A DNA stretch of 64,000 nt from assembly GCA_977020255.1 (NCBI GenBank), contig CDROCS010003291.1, positions 62,001 to 126,000 on the forward strand, in the 5' to 3' direction. The stretch comes from Obrimoposthia wandeli (taxonomy: Eukaryota). Position numbers and translations under genes: made by a program. Of this stretch, positions 14,850-26,406 are shown in pieces. How positions within the stretch are numbered: the first letter of the stretch is position 1; each line of letters begins with the position of its first letter. The notes under the pieces are model-generated. The model was not told where the DNA came from. It searched no databases and saw only the letters and a list, made by a program, of their open reading frames with translations.

Positions 14850-16150
14850 GCAAAAAACTCAACACAGCCGCCAGACTCTGGTCTGTCCTGTATTACTTCC
14901 AAACCACAAACTATTTACCCATTCTGGTGAAACCTTCTTAGCTAAAACATAACTCAGTAGTTATTCCTTAATTAAGATACAGCTGCGATGATCGCGGTAG
15001 TGGAGGCCTAGTTTCAGTTCAGACAAAAACTCATCTTAGTTTACGTTGAATGAGGCCTGTTGCAGATTCTGGCTTGCTGATGCCGCAGTCTGAGGATAGG
15101 TATCAGTATCTTGCCATGCCCATATCGGGTTTTGGCTCAGAGTTGCTGGAGTGTCCATTAGCCACTGGCAGTGCTTGCTGTTTACGTCGTTGAGTCAGCG
15201 GGAAAAACAGCTCGACTGGGATCCTCTTGTATAAGATTGGCCTGTCATCCATTGGTTGAGGCATTTCCTTCTGCTTCACGATCGTCACCTTTGTTGTCAC
15301 AATCATATTCTTCTTCGCCTTCAGCTGTCTAATATGAAATTATTTACATATAACTTCTCTAAGTAAACCAAGTATCGCAGATGACTCCTTGGAAGTTTCT
15401 GACTAAATTGGCTCGCTATGATGTCCAGTTCAATCTGCCTCTCAATAGAAGTTACCGATGGTGCTATATCGGGGTGGAATTTCCGTAAAAATTAACTAAA
15501 AACATTTGATTTAAATAAATAATCCAATCTTATGCGTAGTTTTCATTTTCCTTGCCCGGCTTACACGTGTCCTAGGCCTTCAAACAACCGGTTCCGGCAC
15601 CAAAAATGTGTTTTTGATGATTGTAGCAGCAGTAGGTGATTGCGTGAGTCTGTTCCAGTCATCAGTGAAGTCCCGTCACTTATATTCATATAACTCGGCG
15701 AGATCTAAGTTAATCCAGGCAGACGATTCTCGGCCTGTGGGAGATCAGGAGTACATGGATTGACACCATCTAACTCATGGAGGAAAGAAGTCAAACCCCA
15801 TTCAAAATCATGTAGTATGCTGTCATTGGTTGATTTGTTGGGAGAGCCAGTGTTGTTGAGGGAGTAATATTGTCCCAATCTGGAACGGAGTCAAATCCTT
15901 CTTCTCTTCACCAGAACTTCCTGGCATGAAAGTGATGCCATCTTCAGGCTGTTTAGCTTCGTGAACGCTGAAGAGGCATTCATCAGAGTCTGGAGTCTGC
16001 GGTTGAGACAGTGGGATTAAACACATTGTAGAATTCAAAGATATTGCTTCTCTTCCTTGCTGGCAACCCTGATTTTGATAATCTGATCACTGCTTTTGAA
16101 GGGTAGGAAACTTAATCAGAATTCCATTTGGGAGACCATTCTTTTTAATC
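14850..16150 (-). mobile_element. Possible LTR-retroelement relic with a PBS-like site
   Basis: GC-richer block with ...AACACA-TTT-TGGTGCCGGAACCGG on the minus strand at 15588-15602. No recognisable gag or pol motif. Confidence 0.3.
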
Positions 16151-17229
16151 TTTTACCAACTCCTCACTAATCAGATATATGTATTTGGATCTGTGTACAT
16201 CTTATTATGTTGCTAGTGCTGCTACTGTTAGTGAAGTGGTGAGAGGTTTACCCAGGTCTATCGAGCCTTGCCTAACTAACTAAATGTACTGCCACAGTGG
16301 TGGATTTTATTGTTGCTCTGGATATAGGTATCCTTACAATTGCTCCTCGGGTTCGGCTTCTATATAAGCGTTGTTGTGAGGAAACAATATTAAATAATGA
16401 AAAATAATGATAAGAGCTCTCCTTATATACAGTGGCATCCGGATGAGAACGAATGAGAATTTAGATAGTAATTATTCATCATCAAATAGAAGCACAGCAT
16501 TCGAATATTTTTTTCAAAATTCATAGTTTATTGTTAAATGTTTGGTCCATGTATGTGTGTGTTATGGGATAGATTTTTTTTGCATTTGTAACAGTAGAGA
16601 AATAAATTTGTGTCATGAGATGTGAAAAATATTTAGAAAATTATAACAATTTTGTATATGTACAATTTATGTATTTAAAAAACTAAACGGGAATATCTTG
16701 AGCATCCAAAAGATTTCTCTACCCACCATGTATTTGGACCCGTGAGGGCTTTTAGGTCACGCAGAGTGCGCTTGAAGCTCTACAGTTTTGAAAGTATGTG
16801 GTACTCTCAAATGAGCTCATAATGCATTCCACGATCGGGGTGGTGGTGTGAGGAGGGTCAATGGTGTATTTAAGTATTTTAAAAACTCCTAGACTTTTCT
16901 TTTTGCATTTTAATAAAGTCTTGTCTAGTGCTTTAGGGGTTGTGATATGGTACTGTCGGTAAATGTGGTTATTTATACAGTGTCAACTAACATTTTCCAG
17001 AAGCTGTCTTAACCTAAATGGTATGCCAAGAATCGAGTCACCAGCTCAAATATGCGTTTGACATAATATACCAGTCCTATTCACTTAATCTTCAATTCTA
17101 GTCCGGGACCTTTGCCGCTGTACCAGCTGTCGCCGAAAAGCTGATCTAGAGTAATTTAAAAGGGAGTGTATGTCTAGACATATATAATAATACACAAGCA
17201 CCAAATTTCACTTCAGACAATCGTGCATG

Positions 17230-17700
17230 GCTTTAAACGACAGAGGCTTGGCTTGCTACCCTCCATAACTTACAAAAATATGGCGGAGCAATAATGGTTT
17301 GGGTGTTTTGATGCTAACGGAAATCATCGATTAGTCTTTTCATAAAAAATATTTAAAGCTGATAAATTTATCTATGTACTTAAGGATAACTTGATTTCAC
17401 CTCTTCGTAACGTTAATCCTGAAGAGATTTTTATACAGGATCACGATTCAATTCATAGTACAATTTCACAATAGTTTATTTTGGCCGGCTCATAGTCCTG
17501 ATTTGAATATCACAGAGAATCTATGAGGTAATAATATATAACGTGTAAAAAAATAAGAATTGAAAAATATGATTGAAGAATGAAAAAAATCTCAAATCTG
17601 CTTTAAATAATTTATGTCAAAGTATGCCTAAAAGATTGGTTGCTATTTTAAAAGAGAAAAGGGACATATACTAATTATTAGCTAAATTGTACAAGGTAAA
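17230..17700 (+). mobile_element. Tc1 (DD34E) transposase relic
   Basis: KYGGAIMVWGCF..G, FIQDHDSIH, WPAHSPDLNITENL and ..SMPKRLVAILK.KG motifs. Confidence 0.8.
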
Positions 17701-20082
17701 TTGTTTGTAAATTGAATTTTTTAGTGTTTTTTATCGATTTTTTCGACATTATTCCTAAGCTTTACACTTTGCTTATAGTTTCAATTAACAAAAATGTCCT
17801 ATAATTTTATAATATAATCATAAAACTATTTTAGATTCTTTATTTATAAAAATGCTCCTTCTAAGTTTATTTATTTACTTCAAATTTAATAATTATGTTG
17901 AGATGATACATTGAAATAATAAATAGTTCACATTATTATTTAACAGCCTTTAATGATACAAGAATCAAAATAAACGAGAATACATTATAATTCGGATCGA
18001 TCAATATAACAATCGATATCAATACATATATGGCGGATTTCTTTAAATTGCAAATTCGTAGATCCTTTAATATGGATATTTAGCGACATAGACTTTAAAA
18101 TATTTATAAATACTTGCGTTTAATAGTACCCACATGTTTGATGTGAAAAATAGACATTTCGATGAGTCTTATCTGCGATAAAATACGATATAATATTATG
18201 AAAACTTTCTAAAACAAGTACAAACCAAAATATAGAAAATAAAGCACAAAACATGAATAAGGCTGTGAATATAAATTCATTATTAAGAATTAATTATAAT
18301 TATCAATATCATTGCTGATTAACCAGAGATAAATTTGTAATTATAATCTTTCATTAAAATGAACATGATCGAACATGGTATAAATTATTTCATTATTCCG
18401 ACTCATCGCAATAATTCAATTTCAAACTCTATGCTCAAATTTTAACAAGTAACTGAAGGTTATTTATTTTGTTTACTCATTTTAAATATAAAATATTTTA
18501 TAAATATCCTATAACAGTGATTGGTCAAGTCATTCTTGGTGTAAAGAGTATACATGATTTTAGCCAGTTGTACCACGAATGTTTCCTTCATGAAAGTGTT
18601 TTTCAGTAAATTTTGGTGGATTAAAAGTTTCGAATTTTGCAAAAAGTTTAAAAGTTACAAAAATTTGAAATTACATTGTCTAATTAAATTATATTTACTG
18701 TACTTATTATTTTTCAAATGGTTTTCTTTATTCCTTTTAGGGTGATAAGTATTTAACATTGTTAAATTAAGAAGTCACATTCAAATGATTAATGAGAAGT
18801 GAATGAACAAGAAACTATTGCAATTTATATGGACTTATAAATAAATTCTACCAACTGAACATCTCTGAATTTTAAATAAAAGTAAATAATTATAAGATAT
18901 CATTTTTATCATTGTTTTATTTAAACTGAAAATGTTTGTACTAAACAGTCAAATTAATTTAGTTTTAATGTTGCTTTTGAACTGAAGTAACAAATTTTAA
19001 TGCTTTTGAATTATTTTGAGTTTCAAAATATTTTTTGTAACAATTATTTATTTAACAAATATTATAAGTAGTTTTTTTATAAGTTATAATCCAAATTATA
19101 TTTTACCTATTTAAAATTACATTTTAAAGTAACTAAAAGAAACATATGATTCGAAATATTACAAACTTAAAACAAAATTTTAATTAATTTTTTTATTACT
19201 GATTTTCTTGTTTCATAGTTATATTTAGAAAATGGTAAGAATTAGATTCAGCATCCTTTTTGAATTTTAAAATTTTCCGTTGATTTAACTTTAATGGATT
19301 ACATTTATATTCTATGTTTGGAGACGCATAGACTAAAATTTTACAAAATGTCAGGGATCTAAAATATGGAAATGTATAAATATATTATTTAAATTTTTGT
19401 GCATGAAATATTCTGTAATATTTTAGATTTCAACTTAACACTTATTAACACGTATTTTTGACTGAAATTAACATTTTAATATGTGAATAAATGTTTAAAG
19501 ATGTAAGTTTGAAAAAAATTCTATGTTTTAAATTCTATAAATCTTAAACTATTTTCTCTAATTTGAAAATCTCTTTAATATGGAATTTGCAATTTAGATA
19601 AAAATTTTGTTTCGTTTTGACTTTTAATATAATAAACAATAGATGTTCACAAAAAAAAATATAAAATTTCAAACGATATAATTTCGGAACTGTAAACTTA
19701 TCTGTAAAGAAATCATTCAAATACTGGAACATTGATTCATTAACCTATTTATATGACAGCAAAGATTCAAGTTTGACTGTACGAATAAAACTGCCAGCTG
19801 AAGTTAGCTGAAGTTGAATTAATAAATAATGAATATTCTTTGCTATTATAAACCGCTCAGCTGAAAGCGATACTTTGTATAGTTTGCCATCTCAACTGGT
19901 GATAAATGGTTATTGATTTCTGTGTCTAATAGGCTTGAAAAATTGAAATTAAATTATCGAGAATAAATCAAATTTTAGTTCTGACAAAAATTCACGCGAT
20001 TAAATAATTTTAAAACATTTTTCTGCTTAAGATGGTTTAGTGACATGAATTAAAAAATGATCAATCAAATCTAAACTACACA

Positions 20083-20391
20083 TTAAAAAAAAACAGAAGA
20101 TGAGTTACAAATAAGGTATTTGGCAATATAATACGTCCTTCGTGGACAGAAAATTGTAATGTATGTCATTAGTTTTTTGGAAGGTAAACCAAAGAATGGA
20201 ATCAGTTTATGTAATTTAATTTTTAGATTTTTATTATCCGAAAAATTATTTATGTATCTTTTTACAAAACAAAAAAGAAATAGCATTTTTTTATTTGAAG
20301 TACCAAACAATTTGCAAACGAAATTGTTTGCGTCTTTGGCAATATCAAACATTGGCGAGGCTAGTTTCAAATACAAAAATAAATTTAACAT
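20083..20391 (-). mobile_element. DNA-transposon protein relic (FVC.LFG...LP...R..Y motif, Academ/XPG-like by recollection)
   Basis: NNFVCKLFGTS...GLPSKKL..I..RRTYYIAKY. A second copy at 25800-25980 shares TTTGAAGTACCAAAC.ATTTGCAAAC. Confidence 0.4.
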
Positions 20392-21909
20392 CCTATCGAA
20401 TTTTAGTTATTATTCAAAATTCTCCAAACTACCATTGTAATTTTTAAAGTATAATGAAGTTCTTAAATCAAGTACAGTATACATATGGATGTTTTGACAC
20501 TAGATAAATACGATTTTCTTTAAAAGAGAACATTTTCAGCGTGATATGATGTTTTACAAGTTACAAATTTAAACATATCTTCATTGTTTCGTTCAATTCT
20601 TGCAGTTTTTGTCCTAACAAACCGATGAAATTTTCCGAATTGTTAGAGTCGGCAACAAAATTGACATTTCCTTAGTATGAGTTTGGTTAATTCCATTAGA
20701 AATCGTTTTTTATCCTTCAGCTTTTCAAAGGAAGTACTTGCCTTCTATCGTTTGGTTCTGCATGCCTTGACAATCGTAGAATGGACAAGTCACCGATGTG
20801 AAAAATGTTTTACTCACATAAATATCTCGGCTGAAGAAGGTTAGAAAGCCGTGATGTAAACTTTACTCGAAATCGTGTAACAGTTACTTGATTGGATTTG
20901 ACCAAGAACTAGAAACTCTCTCACGCAAACATGAGTGGGAAAATCAAATGATTTTCATATATTTAAATTGTAATTTGGGTTTAATTGAATATATATGAAA
21001 CAAAAAAATAATTTCAATTTTATTTAAAACATGTTTTTTTTAAAATAATTTAAATTAACGTTTTAAATTTAATTGTCAAATAATTGAACTAAAAATTTAT
21101 TTTATCAAATAAAAAAAGTTTTAAAATGTTTTTAAATACGCATTTGTTTTTCACAATTTTTTTCTCACACTTTTGTTGTTGTTATTATAGATGCAAAATA
21201 TCAAAAACAATAATAATGTATATTTTTTAAAATATCATGATTTAATTTAAACTCACTGAACTGCTTTTCATTTTTAAAATAAGTAAAATGGGATTTCTAG
21301 AGGTGTTAACACTCGAGGCAATGAACATGTCGATATATTTAAAACCTTTAACAAAAATAGAAAAATTAGGGACTTTTAACTAAGATAAGTAAAAATAGAT
21401 TCACTACATTTAAATTTGCTCATCTTGTATATTGGAAATTTTTGAATTTTGGTTATTTCCCACATTTATTTTTTATTGCAAATTTACACATCTTTGTTCA
21501 TAACAACTGGTAGGGTTTTCTCCCAATTATAATTCCCTTGTCTGTCGTCTACTTATGTGAGGATTCTCAGATCTAGTGACCATGAAGACATGTATAATGG
21601 CGTCTCATCTATAGTACCTCAGATTGATGCTCTTGTCAGTGACAAGCTGACATTTTATCACCCTCATGACGTTTTTTGAATTAACAATTTGTACATATAT
21701 ATGTATATTTGCAGTGTCGAATAATGGGGTTAACAGAGGAGAAATTATGATTTTTTGCTGATGTTAGGGTTAGGTTTTGTTAAAATTAAATAATTAGTTG
21801 AATTTATACTAAAATGAAAATCCTTAAAAGCAAGGTTGAAAATTAAATAAATTTTAATTTTAAAATCAAGTTAAATTATTAGGACTAAATTAGGAATAAA
21901 TATTAAGAG

Positions 21910-21945
21910 GACCACGAAGGTCGTGTATAATGTGTTGTATATAAG
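21910..21945 (+). promoter_or_regulatory. LTR promoter module 1 (GACCACGAAGGTCGTGT plus TATATAAG)
   Basis: Motif identical to that at 23121, with a TATA-like box about 15 bp downstream. Confidence 0.5.
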
Positions 21946-22250
21946 GTTAAAATTAACTAGTAAAAGTGCAAAAATAGCACTGTCAGAAAAAATTAATTAA
22001 CGAAGAAAATAGCAACGTCAGCGAAAAAAGAAAAACTAATTAAGAAGAAACTTGAGAAGAATTTAGCCAACGTAAAATACGCCAACGTCAGCAAAGGTAA
22101 GCACATTAGTGCGGTCGATTATTAATTACCTCTTATCTCCAGGTGCAACTTGCCTGTCCTATCCAGGTGAAAGCAGCGAGACTATTTAAGTCTGCTCACC
22201 AATTCAACAGGGTAGACGAAGAAAGTAAATTGCTAGTGACACGAGCAAAG

Positions 22251-22491
22251 TCTACATTAGAAGCAATCGGGAAAACAATCACGCGATCTCCAACAAGAGT
22301 AGATTCACTAGTCTACATTAGAAGCAATCGGGAAAACAATCACGCGATCTCCAACAAGAGTAGATTCACTAGTCTACATTAGAAGCAATCGGGAAAACAA
22401 TCACGCGATCTCCAACAAGAGTAGATTCTCTAGTCTACATTAGAAGCAATCGGGAAAACAATCACACGATCCCCAACAAGTGTAGATTCAC
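22251..22491 (+). repeat. Tandem repeat, 61-bp unit x ~4
   Basis: TCTACATTAGAAGCAATCGGGAAAACAATCAC... recurs at 22251, 22312, 22373 and 22434. Confidence 0.95.
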
Positions 22492-22736
22492 TGAGGAAAC
22501 TGCAAGGAAATCAGTGAGAAAAAAGAAATCTCAGAAGAAGAACCAAAAGTAAAATTTGGCGAACGAAACAATTTATTAATTCCAAGGAAGGAATCCAACG
22601 AGAACGTGAGCCGCATCTGACCGCGGAACCGAGAAACTACGAGACCGAATCGCAGTCGGACCAGAACCGGAACGGATACGGATCTTGACCGAACTCAGGC
22701 TTGGATTAGACGACTCCAGCACTATTGGTGAGAACG

Positions 22737-22850
22737 TAGACTCATTGAATAGAGTTTGATTTTAAAGTTATATCGTTGATAGACTCATTAATAGAGTTTG
22801 ATTTTTAAAGTTATATCGTTGATAGACTCATTTAATAGAGTTTGAATTTA
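22737..22850 (+). repeat. Tandem repeat, 43-bp unit x ~2.6
   Basis: TAGACTCATT(G)AATAGAGTTTGATTTTAAAGTTATATCGTTGA at 22737, 22780 and 22823. Confidence 0.9.
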
Positions 22851-23120
22851 AATAAAATTTCAATTTGCCTATTTTTAAGGAAGTTTTGAATCACCACCTT
22901 ATTGACATAAAATTAAAAGTTTACCCTCAAAAGTTAAAGTTTGACATTAGAATTAAATTGATTTGAAAAACCTGTTAGGTTTGAGAATTAAGAAAATTAA
23001 ATATTTTAGTCGATTAAATACTAAAATAAAAATCCTTGAAAGCAAGGTTGAAAATTAAATTAAAATATTAATTTTAGTTTTAGAATTAAAATTAGTGGAA
23101 TTTAGGGTAAAAATTAGGAG

Positions 23121-23158
23121 GACCACGAAGGTCGTGTATTATGCGAAAATGTATAAAA
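23121..23158 (+). promoter_or_regulatory. LTR promoter module 2 (GACCACGAAGGTCGTGT plus TATAAAA)
   Basis: Duplicate of module 1. A further strong TATATAAGG lies near 23350. Confidence 0.5.
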
Positions 23159-23493
23159 GTTAAATTAATTAACCCAAAAAGGACAATTTAGAATTAATTA
23201 AGAAAAGGGAAATCAATTAGGAACGTCAATCAAGAGACGTCAAGGTAAGCACATTGTAAGTGCAATAAGATTAATTGATTTTCAGAGACTCAGCAGAAGA
23301 AATTTTCAGACTATAAGTTCAGCTGTCATTTGATTGACAAGACTGCCCCTATATAAGGCAGAGTAAACCACAGAGAAAACAACAACGAAATCGACTACGA
23401 GTAATCAACTGGGCGGAGAACGACAGGTGAATTTTTGGTGGTTTTGGTCAGTATTGAAGTAATTTGTTTTTAGATCAATTGAATTAATTGAAA

Positions 23494-23880
23494 ATCCAAA
23501 GTCAAAGTGTATTCAAGGTGAATAAAAATAATTGCTGTGAATAAAAATAATTGCTTAATATCCAAAAAGTCAAAGTCAAAGTGTATTCAAGGTGAATAAA
23601 AATAATTGCTGTGAATAAAAATAATTGTTTAGTATCCAAAAAGTCAAAGTCAAAGTGTATTCAAGGTGAATAAAAATAATTGCTGTGAATAAAAATAATT
23701 GCTTAATATCCAAAAAGTCAAAGTCAAAGTGTATTCAAGGTGAATAAAAATAATTGCTGTGAATAAAAATAATTGCTTTAGTATCCAAAAAGTCAAAGTC
23801 AAAGTGTATTCAAGTGTCCAAAAAGTCAAAGTCAAAGTGTATTCAAGTGTCCAAAAAGTCAAAGTCAAAGTATATTCAAG
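23494..23880 (+). repeat. Higher-order tandem repeat: 74-bp unit x4 followed by 33-bp subunits
   Basis: GTGTATTCAAG anchor at 23507, 23581, 23655, 23729, 23804, 23837 and (variant) 23870. Confidence 0.92.
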
Positions 23881-24000
23881 CGTGTACTCAAACCTCCCAC
23901 AAGTAATAATCTCTGCTTCGAAGAAGATTCCGAAAGACCTACGGATCCTGCATCGGACGTCCCACTAGTCGCAGTAACTGGTAAGAACACCAACTAAACC

Positions 24001-24439
24001 ATTCATTGCCCCTAGTTGGCAATTAGGATAAATTCATTGCCCCTTGTTGGCAATTAGGTTGTTTAACATATTTTAAACATATTCATTGCCCCTAGCTGGC
24101 AATTAGGATTTCCGACTCTTTAACAAAATCATTGCCCCTAGTTGGTAATTAAGATCGGCCATTTATTCATTGTCCCCAGCGACAATTAGGAATCACACCC
24201 AGACTTTTTGCCCGTAAGATTCATTGTCCCTAGCTGACAATTAGGTTCCTTCATTGTCCCTAGTTGACAATTCGGATAAACACTCATTGTCCCTAGTTGA
24301 CAATTCGGTAAGACTCATTGTCCCTAGCTGACAATTCGGCTCGTTCATTGTCCATAGTTGACAATTAGGAGTAAGTTTTTCATTGTCATCTCGACAATTA
24401 GGTTTTTAGGAGACCCATTGTTCACAGTGGACAATTCGG
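24001..24439 (+). repeat. Array of 12 palindromic ~26-bp repeats (TTCATTGYCCCTAGYTGRCAATTMGG) separated by unique spacers of about 4-28 bp
   Basis: Read directly from the sequence. The dyad ATTGYC-N7-GRCAAT shows coordinated C-G versus T-A changes between copies. Confidence 0.92.
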
Positions 24440-25799
24440 GTCAAACACACACAGATAGAGTTAAGGAACCAAGAAACTTTAGCTAGAGATAAGAAGTAGG
24501 AGCGAAGAAATTTAAGAGAGTTGCGTTATAGATTAACCAACCTAAGTAAGAAGAACAAACCTAAAAGCTTAATCACCTGAACGTAAAATCGATACGTGGT
24601 TCATCCCCACTTCTTGTAGAGACTTACAGAAGTCCTTTAGGAATTTTATCATACTTTTTAGAAATACGTATATAAACGTATTGTTGTGTTAGTTACGTGA
24701 ATTACAAATAAACAATTTCCTACATTAGAACCAGTTGTTTTTACACCCTTCAGAATAAGAGGCATCGAATCAAATACCTTCAGATAGTACAAGAGATTAG
24801 GCAACCATAACACTAAGTAGGCCACGACCAACTTTAAGACCTGCTTCTATTCGAACTCACGTTGGGGCCCTCCGCACACAAGAGGATCTGTACAAGTCTC
24901 GTATAGAAACCCCAACACTGAAAAGGGATAGTTTCATAAATTAAGTTTGAGAAGCCCAGGCTTAGTTTAACCGAATACAATTACAGCGACATTGTCGATT
25001 CGATTCCGAATCTCTGATTGTTTATTAATGTAAAATTTCCATTATATTTTCTGCTATTTTAAAAAATTCGAAATTGTTACTGCCACGATTTAAGGTTAAT
25101 TCCATACAAACCAAACATTTCAATGTATTAAAATGTCTTTAGCATTTTAAAAATTAAATAAATCATACTTTAGAAATATGAAAATAAAAAGTTTTCAGTA
25201 AATTGTATTTTGATTAGGTAAAACATTTGAATCATTGGTAAATTTGTAAAAATATAGTCATTAAATCTGTTCACGTATAAGTCTCACTTTAAGCTTTTTT
25301 CAATTTAAAAGAGAAAGAGCTAAAATTAGAAACTGATAGAGTGCATATATCTTTGGATGTCAGTAATAATATAATCAGAGTAAAAAACATTAATTGGAAC
25401 ATAATATAATTTAAATTCAAATAGCACATCACCATGTAAATATCCTAAAACACTACTTTTCGCATTACCATCCAATAAAAATCATATTTAAACTAATAAA
25501 ACTGTAATGCTCTTAATTAACATAATAATTTAAAAAAAAACTCTATTGTTTATTATTATGTCCTAATTAATGGTTAATTATAGTCTTATTACAAACACAC
25601 TTCTTCACACAACAAATGGTCATCATCAAAGTGCATTTAAATAATTATAGGCACTGATTGGTTAATTTAAAATGAATTACTGTAATTTAAAATTTGCAGA
25701 ATCATAATACACTTTAAAGTACATTTGATCATAAATTATAGTTTGTGGTGGTTATCAATAGTGTGGCCTTATACATATATATGGTTCCAACCCATACGT

Positions 25800-25980
25800 C
25801 TTTTGGGGTGTATAATACGCCTTTCTTGTGCAGAAAATTAAAATGTACAACATACACCCGTCATTCAGAAATGTTTCTTATTATTTTTTGAATAAATATT
25901 AATATATCCTATGCAACAAAAATTAAGAAATTGTATTTTTTAAAATTTGAAGTACCAAACGATTTGCAAACAAAATTTTA
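25800..25980 (-). mobile_element. Second copy of the 20083-20391 relic
   Basis: NFVCKSFGTSN...IFCTRKAYY; nucleotide similarity to 20120-20330. Confidence 0.45.
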
Positions 25981-25992
25981 TAAGCCTTTGAG

Positions 25993-26198
25993 AATAAAGA
26001 TTTCCTACAACTAAACAGCGTTGTTACATTCCCACAACACCTAGACATAACAAACCTTCAGATAAGAATTGAGACAGGTGAGCACAACTTAAGTAGGTCA
26101 CAAACAACTGCAAGTCCTGCTGCTATAGAACTCATGTTGGGGGCCTCCGTCTGAAGATCTATATCTGAACCAGTAAGTTTCATATAGAAACCCCAACA
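25993..26198 (+). mobile_element. LTR 3' (U5) fragment of the same family
   Basis: AATAAAgatttcctaca...taagtagg...gaactcatgttggggg...tagaaaccccaaca matches 24700-24917 and 42364-42660. Confidence 0.75.
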
Positions 26199-26234
26199 CT
26201 ACATTGGCGGAAACCTTTTTAGTATATTGTGAAC

Positions 26235-26406
26235 AAAACTCTTTACACACCCCGCAATACATTAGCACAAAAAATATTCAGAACTGAAACTAAGTAAGTA
26301 AGATAAACCCAAAAAATAGGCCACATCCATCTGTAAGCCCTATTGCTACAGAACTCACGCTGGGGGCTTCCATACGAGAATATAGTTTCAAATAGAAAGC
26401 CCAACA
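26235..26406 (+). mobile_element. Second LTR 3' (U5) fragment
   Basis: tagcacaaaaaa..ttcaga..tgaaactaa..taggccacat.catctgtaagccctattg.tacagaactcac is nearly identical to 42515-42660. Confidence 0.8.

Larger units (their letters stand above)
21762..24917 (+). mobile_element. Composite solo LTR (3156 bp) of the same family, with a duplicated 5' module
   Basis: Starts TGTTAGGG and ends CCCCAACA, flanked by the exact 4-bp TSD CTGA (21758-21761 and 24918-24921). A second TGTTAG start at 22973 is homologous to the first ~350 bp. Confidence 0.88.

Noticed and set aside
21763-21774. Telomeric TTAGGG repeat
   Set aside because: Fewer than two units, and it coincides with the TGTTAGGG LTR start.
22143-22382. 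79-aa ORF in the LTR
   Set aside because: Reads through the 61-bp repeat, which is not a multiple of 3; non-ATG start; not conserved in the other LTR.
23650-23968. Repetitive ORFs (TLTFWTLEY / VQKVKVKVYSS)
   Set aside because: Products of the 74/33-bp tandem repeat, with no coding evidence.
24001-24439. True CRISPR array
   Set aside because: Eukaryotic LTR context, no cas genes, and spacers too short and variable (about 4-28 bp). Kept only as a CRISPR-like architecture.
26199-26216. PBS (TGGCGGAAAC) after an LTR end
   Set aside because: It lies 6 nt from the TSD-defined LTR end, has no clear tRNA match, and no internal region follows.
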